DNA of 64,000 bases. Origin: Eledone cirrhosa (lineage: Eukaryota). Where the stretch lies: positions 176,762,001 to 176,826,000 of the forward strand of contig OZ024743.1 in the NCBI GenBank assembly GCA_964016885.1, written 5' to 3'. Below are positions 53,134-64,000 of this stretch, piece after piece (the stretch's first letter is position 1; every line of letters starts with the position of its first letter). Below the pieces are notes generated by a model. That model saw only the letters and a list, made by a program, of their open reading frames with translations, ran no database searches and had not been told where the DNA came from. The position numbers and the translations under genes were made by a program.

Positions 53134-53384
53134 AACTCCATTATGTAATGATTTTTTTACCGATATCTGGTCAAATTGAGGGTAAAAATACATATAAAAA
53201 CAATAGGAAAAAGGAATTTCACATCAAAAGTGAAACTGGTGTAATATTCACCTCCAAAGCTAAAATAATTTTGCACTTCGTTTATGTAGAATTTGAAGTT
53301 GGTGATAATCAGCAAACTATTGACCTCTGGTTCCAAGCATTTCAGATAAAGGATTCTCAACCTGCAACGGAATCTTTTAGCTGA
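53134..53384 (+). CDS. Candidate terminal coding exon of an unidentified gene
   Basis: Acceptor gtttttgtttcag, then ~83 open codons in AT-rich non-repetitive DNA; no homology recognised. Confidence 0.25.
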
Positions 53385-54235
53385 ACATCTAATGACACTA
53401 ATGCCTTCAGTTATTTAATAGATTATAAATACTATCATGCTGTGCCCCAGCTTGGCCACAGCCGGATGGCTGGTACAGGTAAATGAGTAAAAGACTATAT
53501 GATAAAAAGAGTCACATGAAAGCTTCTTTTTTTAGAAGATGCCTAAAGTATTCCACACTACTATGATGAGTTTTTTTTTTGTGAATGTCTCTTAAGCTAT
53601 AAAACTATTGGTTTTATACTTAAATGCTTATTTTATTAGATTTTGATTTTTCACCAAAGATGTTCTGTAAAGCTTCAAAGATTCCTTTCCTCACAACCAG
53701 ATACACTTAACTTTCGCAGCTGGTGTTCTTCTTTAGCATGGAACTTTTATTTTAATGATATAATCATAAATATATTGTTTTCAGTTTCTGCTATAACAGT
53801 ATGTTCTATGTTTCATCTCCACAGGCAAAGTTGCACAAGTTATGTTTATGATCTTGTCTCAGGAAGCATTCATTCATATCTGATATTGTTTGAATTGGAT
53901 AAGTAACTATGTTCTACTATTCCCCTAGTCATTATCTGGTTTTTCTTTCAATAACTCTACGTTGATATTACTGATAAGTTATTGCTTTCAAATATTGACT
54001 TGTTATTAAATGTATCTTTCTTGTTCGGCTTCAACTGAGAGAATAAAAAAGTAGACTATTAAGTTGAAGCAACAAACAACCTGCTAGACATAGCTGTCAA
54101 ATCTCTCTGAAATTACACTCCATTATTTTAAAAAGAAAGATACGTTAGATAACATGGTCCTAACTACGATGTCTGAAAAACATGTAGGATGGCCATAGCT
54201 GGAACACTTTTGATCATAGGTTTGCTCAATCATGA

Positions 54236-54547
54236 GTAGGGTACATGGGATAACGGGCTTGCAATCAGGAGGTTGTGAGTTTGATTCTCGAACCGGGTGA
54301 TGTGTTGTGTCCTTGAGGAAGACACTTTATTTCATATTGCTTAAGTTTACTCAGCTGTAGAAATGAGTTGTAATCTCACTGGTGCCAAGCTGTATCAGCC
54401 TTTACCTTGGACAACATTGGTCGTGTGGAGAGTGGAGACTAGTATGCATGGACAACTGCTGGTCTTACACAAATAACCTTGACTTGTGCCGCAGAGGGGA
54501 GATTTCTTGGTGCAAAATCATGGCCATTCCTGATTGAAGGGAGCCTA
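54236..54547 (+). mobile_element. SINE family B
   Basis: Homologous to 10588-10935. Confidence 0.75.
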
Positions 54548-54869
54548 TGAAATATATACTGTCTATAAAAACACAGAATAATGAGACTGGAGGGCCTTTG
54601 ATCAAATGTTTAGTCAATCAGGGCTGACCTGGGGTTACAATAACACATAACTATTATTCTATTATTTTATTGGTTTTTATCCTTAAACAACAGATCTGCT
54701 ACTCTCCTCCGCTTAAGGGATTTAGTGAATTATATCAACCCCCAGTACTTAAATTTCAAGTCTGGTACCTATTTTATAGATCTTTTTCTGGGCAAACTAG
54801 CAGCAAACATAAATGCAGATACACACCCATTGATATTTGGTATAGTATATATATATATATATATATATA

Positions 54870-55743
54870 GGAACAAGTAAGACCCCGACGGCTGAGCTCA
54901 AGCCGTTTCGACGGCTAATTCTGGACTGAATGAAAATTTATTCTGGTATTATTGGGGCAGAAACCTTTATTATTTTTGTGGCAGTCTCTTTAGTATTTTA
55001 GCCCCCCCCCCCTCGTTGACCCGTCACCGGTGACGGCTCAACGTGCGGGGGGGGGGGGGGGGGGCTAAAGTACTAAAGGTTTCTGCCCCAATCACAGGGC
55101 CGGCAGCCACCCAGAGCAAGAAGGTGAACTGGTACGAGAATATAATTCAGGGTCCCGCAAAGGAATGCTCGTGCTGGCTCTAAGGGTGCCGCCACGAAGC
55201 AGAGGGTCTTATACAAGCTGCAGGAGGGATCGTACGAGGTAGAAGTGGAGAACGGAGGATTAATACAGAAACACCCCCCCCCCCAAAAAAAAAAAAGAGA
55301 GAAGAAGAGGAAGGAAATGGTGGATAAACGAGAAGTTGAAGCAGGGATGTCACTAAGAGGTATGGAAGGCACGGAAGGGAGGGACAGCGGTCGGAGAGGG
55401 GGGCAAGTGTCCGAAGTCTAACACCCCTGCTATAAAAAGCGGAGTCAGCCAATTCTATCAGCTACCCCTTCCCCCACCAATTTGCCATCACAGATTTACT
55501 ACTAACTTGTGATGTGACCAATCCTGGTGATTATCTCTTTGACCATATATGGAATTACCCCTTGATAAGCTCGGCTATTTAAATACCAGAATAAATTTTC
55601 ATTCAGTCCAGAATTAGCCGTCGAAACGGCTTGAGCTCAGTCGCCGGGGTCTTACTTGTTCCTATTACCCACTCTACTACCCTAAGTATTGAGTACTTTG
55701 GTGCGTTATGGTCCACCTGGTTCCTTACCACATTTACTTCGTT
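54870..55743 (+). mobile_element. Long copy of family H1 with ~80-bp inverted arms, an internal GC hairpin and a complete hammerhead
   Basis: 54870-54950 is the reverse complement of 55582-55662, followed by the family tail; hammerhead at 55555-55650. Confidence 0.85.
55555..55650 (+). ncRNA. Type-I hammerhead ribozyme, U3:A8 variant (cleavage triplet mutated to GCC in this copy)
   Basis: acccc-TTGATAA-g..cggcta...tagccg.c-GAAA-cggc(ttgagctca)gtcg-CC-ggggt; sister copies read gccg-TC-ggggt. Confidence 0.65.
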
Positions 55744-55887
55744 ATATATATATATGTATATATAGATAGATAGATAGATACTCTACTATACCAAGTAACA
55801 ACTCCTCTGCTGAATAAATGGTCTTACTAATCAGGGTAATCCTGATCCCTCTCTCTCTCTCTTTATATATATATATACACATTATAA

Positions 55888-55990
55888 AGGTGAGGACCGA
55901 CAGCTGAGCTCTTGCCGTTTTAACAGCTAGTTCCGAACAACCCAGAACTAGCTGTTGAAATGGCAAGAGCTCAGCTGTCAGGTCTTAACT
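55888..55990. mobile_element. Diverged H1 fold-back
   Basis: gacagctgagctcttgccgttttaacagctagtt pairs with aactagctgttgaaatggcaagagctcagctgtc. Confidence 0.7.
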
Positions 55991-56267
55991 AGTTTTAAAC
56001 TGGTTCTATCCTCATATATATGCAAAAGATGTCAACAATGAATGGATCTATTATTTTTATCTAAAGACATTTAGATAATAATTCCATCCCGCCCGTCCGT
56101 TTAATCTATTTATTTCTCATTCTTTCTTCTGATAAAGGACTAGCGTCCGAAACATTAAGACCCTCTTCCTGCTATATCAAGCGTTAACCTAATATATACC
56201 TTCCATATACTGTACTGATTGTGTTGTTATTTCTGTTTACCTTTTACATACATATATATATATATAT

Positions 56268-56915
56268 TGTTTACAAACAAACAAACCGAACATTATAATA
56301 AATGTTTGGTAAACTGATACGTACATATATATATGTGTGCATGTATGTATATATATAAATACTACTGTACGTCTGTATACATATATGTATGTACGTATAC
56401 ATACATACTTACATATCAGCCGTATCAGCCGTATTAAGAGTGAGAAATTAAATTTGGTTTCATTCTTTTTCATTTATCGTTTTCGGTGCGCCCGGCCGAC
56501 TAACTCACTCGATATGCAAATTAGGCTGCTCAGCCGTTAATATGCATAAGGAAAGTATATACTTTCAGATGTTCAATCATCTGGCAGGAAGGTATACGAT
56601 GCTGACGATAGCTAATAAGCTTGAAACTAGTACATCCTTCCTGTATCAGTGTTGAACAAAAGGGCGACGATGGTTGCCTGAACACTGTACGGTGTAATTC
56701 GGGCTGTTTGTTTGTTTACAAACAAACAAACCGAACATTATAATAAATGTTCGGTAAACCGATACGTACATATATATATGTGTGCATGTATGTATATATA
56801 TATATACATACTACTGTACGTCTGTATACATATATGTATGTACGTATACATATATACTTACATTTAAGTATCAGCCATACTAAGAGTGAGAAATGAAATT
56901 TCGTTTCATTCTTTT

Positions 56916-56917
<2 letters not shown>
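56268..56917 (+). mobile_element. Family H2 hammerhead element, ~1.5 tandem monomers (period 445 bp)
   Basis: tgtttacaaacaaacaaaccgaacattataataaatg occurs at 56268 and 56713. Confidence 0.85.
56587..56641 (+). ncRNA. Minimal type-I hammerhead ribozyme
   Basis: ggaagg-tatac-gatg-CTGACGA-tagctaataagctt-GAAA-ctag-TA-catc-cttcc. Confidence 0.8.
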
Positions 56918-56963
<46 letters not shown>

Positions 56964-57174
56964 ATATATATATACATACACACATACATAACTGGCTTCC
57001 ACACAGTTTCTGTCGACCAATTTTCACTCACAATGCACTGTTCAATCAAATTTTATGCACTTAAATGCCAGTACTTCCCTCTATCTAAGCAAAAATAACG
57101 ATGCAAATCTATGAGATTGCCCATTCTGCAGAAAACCTGTGTAACTTTATTTATTGTTCACACCAGTAAATTGT

Positions 57175-57858
57175 AAATAATTGTTTCTACTATTGGCACA
57201 AGGCCAGCAATTACCCAGTACATTACTGGTACTTTATTTTATCGACCCCGTAAGGATGAAAGGCAAAGTTAACCTTGGTGGGATAATATTAGTCATTTGG
57301 AGTCAGTAGTGTTTATATCAGTAGTTTTTGTTGTAGTAGTTGTAGTAGTAATGGCGGAAACAGAAATAATGGTTTCAGATCTAGGCACAAGGCCAAAAAT
57401 ATTTTTTTTTGCCGTGGGGAAAGTCGATGTAATCACCCCCAGTACATTACTGATACTTTATTTTATCAACCCTGTAAGGATGAAAGGCAAAGCTAACCTT
57501 GGCGGGGATTTGAAATCAGAACATAAAGGGCTGTAACCATATGCTACTAAGCATGTTGACAATGATCTACCAATACTGCCAACCCACCACTCTGGTAGCA
57601 ACAGAAATAATAGTAACTGTAGTATATCTTTGTAGTGATGGTGGTAGTCCAATAATGGTGCCAATGATAATAATTGTTTCTACTTTTGGCACAAGGCCAG
57701 CAATTACCCAGTACATTACTGGTACTTTATTTTATCGACCCCGTAAGGACGAAAGGCAAAGTTGACCTCGGCGGGATTTGAACTCAGAATAGAAAGGGCC
57801 GTAACTCTATGCATTAAAGCATGACGTCCGACCCTCTACCGATACTGCCAATCCACCA
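57175..57858 (-). mobile_element. Cluster of three SINE family A copies
   Basis: Copies at ~57175-57283 (partial), ~57365-57590 and ~57668-57858. Confidence 0.8.
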
Positions 57859-58876
57859 ATGCTAATCTGCCAATGATATTAATGATGGCATATCATGGTA
57901 GTTGTAGTAGTACTTCTTGTAATGTTGATAAGAGCTGTGGCTCTGGCTTTTTCCCAAACCAAACATTTAGACATTGGCATCCTCTTTTAATTTTCATCTA
58001 CTTTATGTCAATAAAGGGCAGGTTGCAAGTTACAATATATCTAAGAACCAGAATTACTATAATGAATTTCAGCAGCAACAACAGAGGAATTATTACTATA
58101 TTATTATTGAAAATAAAAAGACCATAATTTAATGAAGCATTTGTGCAGAAGAACTTAAACGGAAATTATAAATATGAGCATACACAGACACACACTCATT
58201 CTCTCGTACACCTCTCTCTCTCTCTCTCTCAAACAAACCCACATACATAAACATGCATGGACTGTATTTTAATCTTAGCCAAAACGTCGACATATTGTTA
58301 ATATATATATGTATGTAATTATATGTATGTATTTGATCTAACCCCCAAAGCATATACTATGTGTGTGTGTGAGTGTGAATAACAATACATTTACAAAAAT
58401 ACGTACACATATATATGTATACATACACACACACACTCAGTTACAGATATATTTACATGTATATTTGTTTGCATGTACATATGTATGTGAATAATGAGCA
58501 TAAAGCATAGAGATTCAATTCTGGGTAAAAAGAACTTCCAGGATGTTTCTGCCAACAGTAAACCATAGCAGAATGATGTACTATTCCTTATAGCAGATGC
58601 AATCGATTAAATAATAAGGTTTAATTTAAGTTATCTTATTAACTTTACATAAATTTGAAAGTAGAAGATTCAGAGCTGGATTTGGTCCAAGGCTATACAT
58701 ACATTATTAAACTTGCAGACAGCATGAATAAATATGATTAAACTAAAGATATATGCCTGGAACATCTAGAAGGAATCTAGTTTGTAAGGGAACTATTTTA
58801 GTGCCAGTGACATGATGAAATATACCGTCGCAGCTGTAATGTAATTGGTGGGAAGATGGCGAGTTAGGGCACAGTA

Positions 58877-59322
58877 TCATCATCATCACTGTTTAACGTC
58901 CATTTTCCACAGTAGCATCGGTTGTCAAATTTGAGGCAAATCGAGGTCAGATGACCATGTCTTGCTCATACAGCACTGATTTTGGCTTGGTTTCTACGGT
59001 TGGGAACCCTTCCTAATGCCAACCATATTTACAGCGAGTACTGGGTGATTTTTGTCTTGACACCTACACAATCACTTTACAGTGTACTGGGTGATTTTTG
59101 TCTTGACACCTACACGATCACTTTACAGTGAGTACTGGGTGATTTTTGTCTTGACACCTACACGATCACTTTACAGTGTGGACTGTGTGCTTTTTGTCGT
59201 GACACTTACAATACCACTTTACAATGTGGGCTGGGTGCTTTTTGTCATGACACCTACACAACCACTTTACAGTATGAACTGGGTGCTTTTTGTCATGTCA
59301 CCTACATGACCACTTTACAGTG
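58877..59322 (-). mobile_element. RTE 3'UTR-derived element with ~7 tandem ~41-bp units
   Basis: (CAT)n tail at 58877; ctgggtgatttttgtcttgacacctacacgatcactttacagtg repeated over 59030-59322. Confidence 0.75.
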
Positions 59323-59993
59323 CTTATATATACATACATATATATATGTATAGCACTTAGAGAGAGAGAGAGCACTTAGAAAGGGATTGGCAGCACATAT
59401 GACATTAGTTTTTCAAGGACTCCAAGGCTGGTGGGAAGACGGCAGGACATTTATCTCAAAGTAGAGATCTGGTCCGAATGAGTGCAACAGAGTGAACTCT
59501 GCTAAAGGCACCTGGGGATTAGGTGGCGGCAGTAACCTGGGAGATGGATTAGGTCTAATATTAAGTCTACCAAAATAATATATGGAAGTGCAGAATAGAA
59601 TTAATATTTAGGGGTCGACTTAAATAACTATATAGGGTTTTATATGTAGTGAACATGTAGACTTTAACATTGTTCTAACATGTAGGTTTCATCATGAGAT
59701 TTTTTACAAGTAGGTTTTAAGGTTTCCACATGTATCATCTGACTTGTGTAAGGTTGGTATGTAGGACTAGTACATTGGATCAATGTATAAGTATCATATG
59801 TTATAGTAACATGTAGGAGTGACACATAATATCAGTATTATGTAACAGTGGCCTGTACTATAGACATGTATGGTTGAAGTGTTTAGGACTCACATGTAAA
59901 TTTACTTCTATACAGGCTTGAAAGAATGAAGCAAATAGTAAAACTTGACTAATGTTTCCTGTGTTATTGCCATCTTCAGTGTGAATTGCCCAG

Positions 59994-60168
59994 TCATGTG
60001 GTACTGATATTAGATGTGCTGGAAGAATTGAGGTTGAAAAGGATCGAGCGCAGGTTCAATTCTAAGAATGGATGGTCTTGCTGATTAGAACCACTTGTAG
60101 ATGTAGAACGACTCAGCTCCTGTATTAATGATGTGATGGAATAAACATCAAACAGTTTCTTGTTATTT
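59994..60168 (-). CDS. CCDC138: Terminal coding exon of a CCDC138-like (coiled-coil domain-containing 138) gene
   Basis: Acceptor ttttatttccag; frame NNKKLFDVYSITSLIQELSRSTSTSGSNQQDHPFLELNLRSILFNLNSSSTSNISTT*. Resembles the vertebrate CCDC138 C-terminus as I remember it (SNKKLFELFTIHLMLQEIQR...HAFLCINLNSTLFNL). Too short for the ORF track; upstream exons would lie beyond the window. Confidence 0.75.
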
Positions 60169-60411
60169 CTGGAAATAAAAGAGCATAAACAAAATATTAT
60201 ATATATATAATTGTGTGTGTATATATATATATATATTATTTTTAGTCTTTATGTTTCTTCTTCTATCATACTTTGTTTATATCATATATGTTATTTAACT
60301 TTTTTGATACTAAACCACCTCAAACTGCCCTTGGTTCCATGACATGAATCTGAGTATTCTAAAGTGTTTATATTTATATCTATATCTAAGAACCTTCCAT
60401 CATAATCTTAT

Positions 60412-60616
60412 TTAACCCTTTACCAGAATTCTCTCACCACTTTCTGTTTAAACCAGCCATAACTGGCTGCTCATACTTACTTTGAGGTATTGCTGTCAAA
60501 ATAAATAATATCAAAATCTCATAGATTCGATATTATGTGAGATAATTATGTGAGGTAGAGCCTTTACTGTGAAATACAATAGTAAATATAGAGAAATGTA
60601 AATGCTAAAGGGTTAA
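60412..60616. mobile_element. piggyBac-type MITE nested in an older similar MITE (~60295-60735)
   Basis: TTAA-cccttta...taaaggg-TTAA. Confidence 0.7.
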
Positions 60617-60964
60617 GAGGTTCTTAATTTATGTTCTGAAAATTAGCTTATAATAAATCCTACCAAATTCTTGATCATTTTCAAAATTATTTGAAAATCA
60701 TAGGCAGACTTTCATTAGAAATATAGTAATAAAAGGGAGCAATAGGTTGTTACAGATGGAGGAGCTGCTTCTTCTATGGGTATGTGGTTACAACAGCAGT
60801 ACATTAACAAAGGATTTGTTATTGTTAGTGTCATTGTTGTTGTTGTTGTTGCCCCAAGTCAAAACTGATAGAAAATACTTATGATCAAAAGCATTCTAGT
60901 CATGGTGATACTGTCATTTTGTTTTTCCAGGCTTATATCTTATGTGTCCTTCCTCCTCCTCCTC

Positions 60965-63900
60965 CTTGTCACCATCGCCGTCACCATTTAATTCCATCTT
61001 CCACGCTAGCATGGGTTAAACGGTTTTGTTCCATTTGATGCAGGAATGGCCGGGAGACCATGTCTTGCTGGCACGGAAGCGTCTCTGGCAGGTTTACCAA
61101 CCACATTTACAGTGTTGACTGGGAGCCTTTTCACCGTGTCTCCTACACGGCCACCTTACAGTGTGGACTGTTGTGTCATTGACACAGAGGACGGAACGGG
61201 AGAGGGAGGATGGGGTAGGGTGTGGCGATGGGGTATACATTGAGTTAAGAGGTGCCTACTGACTGTAGGTTTGTATGCAATGGTAGTCAGGTCTTCTGTA
61301 CAACTGCATGGCACCAAAGTTCTCGATCCAGTGTCATTGTCTTAGAGAAGTGTAGGTAGGCAAGGTCAGTTTTTATCACCTTGTCCCAGGTTTTTCTTGG
61401 TCTACCCACTCCGCAGATTCCATCAATTTTCATTGCCCTGCACTTTTTTTATACAGCTGTCGTTTTTCATATGCATCACATGTCCATACCAACACAACCT
61501 CCTCTCCAGAACACAACATTTGATACTTCTTATGCTTAGTCTCCTTCTTAATTCGTTTATCCTTCGTCTTTTGCGCACATTACTATTACACATCCATCGG
61601 AGCATGCAAGCTTCATTTCTTTCTAATCTATGCAGGTCTTCAGCACACAATGCCCAAGTCTGACTACCATGTAATATCGCTATTCATATACAAGCATCAT
61701 ACAATCTGCCTTTCATTTTTAGAGAAAAATCCACTGTGGCCAAGAGCGGTATTAGCTCTCTGAACTTTTTCCATCTCCCACTAACTCCTCCACTGCTGAT
61801 TTTGTCACCCAGCTAACGGAAGGTGTCTACTATTTCTATAGAATCATCTGTGCAGTTGAAGGAGATATCATCCAGTGGGTCCTTGCTACTTACTGCACCT
61901 GATCATCAGCCACATATAAAATCTACATTCTTAGATAGCTTACCTCTGATCCTACTAAATCTTTTATGTACCCATAGTTTGCATTTGGGACATAGAATGG
62001 AGTTTCTGCCTACTCCTTTCTTACACACAGAGCATGGCCATTTCCCAGAGGGTACCTGTGCCCTATTCTCCTTTCTGCATACTAGAACCTTAGTCTTAGA
62101 CAAGTTAACTCTAAGGCCTTATGATTCAAAGCCATGCTTCCATGTTTGAAACTTCCTCTCTAGTTCAGCCATAGATTCAGCTATGAGAGTTAGATCATTC
62201 GCATATAGAAGTTCCCATGGGCAGCCAGTCTTAAACCCATCTGTTATAGCCTGTAGGACAATAATAAACAGGAGGGGGCTAAGAATGGTAAACTCCTACC
62301 ATTACGCTAAATTTATCACTATATTCTTCGTTAATTCTAACCTTGCTGACTGTATCTCTATACATGGCTTGTATAACTCTCATAAGCCATTCTTCCACTC
62401 CTAGTTTTCTAAGAGCCCACCAGATTAAGGTGCGTGGGACTCTGTCAAATGCCTTCTCCAGGTCAACAAAAGCTAAGTAGAGGGGTTTACTGTTAGCCAG
62501 GTACATTTCCTGCAAATGTCATACAAGGAAAAGAGCATCCGTGGTACTTTTACCTGGCACAAACCCAAAATGCATTTCATCTAGATCAATTTGGTCTCTA
62601 ATCAGTTGAGTAATAACTCTTTCTGTGACTTTGATGATTTGGTCAACTAATTTAATACCCCTATAGTTTCCTCTATCCAGGGCGTCTCCTTTGCCCTTGT
62701 AACAGTTGATGATGATGCTGCTACGCCAGTCATTTTGTATGACGCCATTCTGTATTACTTGGTTTACTCTCCGGATGACCATAGTATGTCCCACCATTCC
62801 AGATACCTTCAACATTTCAGCAACTATCCCCGAAGGCCCAGCTGCTTTGCCTGTCTTCATATTTTTGATTGCCTTACTTACTACACTACCATCAACTTGC
62901 ACAGCTGGTCCTTCTATTGGATCGATGTGGGGCAGACTATCTTTATTCCATTCATTCTCCACATTCAGTAGTCTCTCGTAGTGACACTTCCAAGCTACCT
63001 TCTTATCACTATCAGTGAGGGCAAGTACACTGTTATCATTACAGACACTCGTCTCCCCGACAATATCACAGTTCTCCTTGACACTTTGCCTCGTAATCCT
63101 GAATATCTCACATCTTTGGTCCTCCCGTTGTAGTATATGCTTGAACTTACTATCCTCTGCTTCCCTCTTTGCAAGGTATACTTAGCTACACGATAGTGTT
63201 CTCTACTACCCCCGTCCTGCCATTCTTTCCACGCCTGCTTTTTGCCCTTGATGGACTCCTCCACCTTACTGTTCCACCACCACTAAAGGCCTGCTCCAGC
63301 GACAGATTTCATCAGTCTCCTTCAACAGGTTAACTTTCAGGAATTCCCACTGTTCCTCTATATTGTATGACTCTTGTTGCTCTTCCTTACTATCAAAAGC
63401 ATCAAGTAATATGCCTTTGAATTTGTTACTGGCTGCGGGGTTCTTCAACTTCCATAATCTTCTCCTTAAGGTATTCTTCTGCCAGCAATTACCTCTGGCC
63501 CTGACTATGAGATCACTTACTATTAAATTATGTTGGGAGGTGCATTTTTCGCGAGGGTGGGACTTATTGTTCAAAACAGATACTTTGTCTCGTTTCCTAG
63601 TAAGGATAAAGTCTATCTGGCTGGTGTGCTCCCCTGATCTATATGTGATCAAATGACTGTCGTGTTTTTTGAAGTTTGTGTTGCAGACAGTCAGGTCATT
63701 TACATCACAGAATTCTAGGATCCTGAAGCCTTTCTCATTTCTAGTACCAAATCCATAACCTCCATGGACACCATCATAGCCATCACAATGTTGTCCAACA
63801 TGACCATTAAGGTCACCAGCAATAATTATATAGTCACTGTTGGGTATCTGGGAAGTAGTAAGCATTAGAGTCTCATAGAACCTGTCATTAGTAACATCTG

Positions 63901-64000
63901 GTAATCTGGATTGGGTTTCATAAGCAGAAATAATTGATACAGTTGTCCCATTTAGTATTAATCTTATTTTAATGATCCTGTCATTCACTCTATCAACGGC
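60965..64000 (-). mobile_element. Decayed near-full-length RTE LINE (intronic to the CCDC138-like gene), runs off the window
   Basis: Fragment ORFs 63266-63988 (APE), 62519-62962, 62279-62515, 61906-62103 (PHD-like) and 61423-61650 match the 49392 ORF. Confidence 0.92.

Overview
Repeat-saturated, AT-rich animal (eukaryotic) genomic DNA. The SINE, RTE and microsatellite repertoire looks like an octopus or other cephalopod; this is an inference from remembered repeat sequences. The only host coding sequence I recognise is the terminal exon of a CCDC138-like gene (minus strand, 59994-60168); a few other orphan exon candidates are weak. Mobile DNA dominates: one intact RTE-clade LINE (49392-52511; APE + RT with a C4HC3 PHD-type finger inserted in the RT C-terminal region), several decayed RTE, Expander-like, CR1-like and CRE-like copies, mariner/hAT/piggyBac-type MITEs, two or more tRNA-derived SINE families, a 4.7-kb higher-order tandem array abutting the intact LINE's 5' end, minisatellites and long (TA)n tracts. 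The signal that the ORF track does not explain is a set of several unrelated short non-coding element families, inserted in (TA)n tracts as fold-back or partial-tandem copies. Each carries a foldable type-I hammerhead ribozyme, including compensatory U3:A8 core variants and a covarying stem I. These are candidate Penelope-dependent, retrozyme-like self-cleaving RNA elements. All folds were done by eye; no searches were run, and repeat boundaries are approximate.
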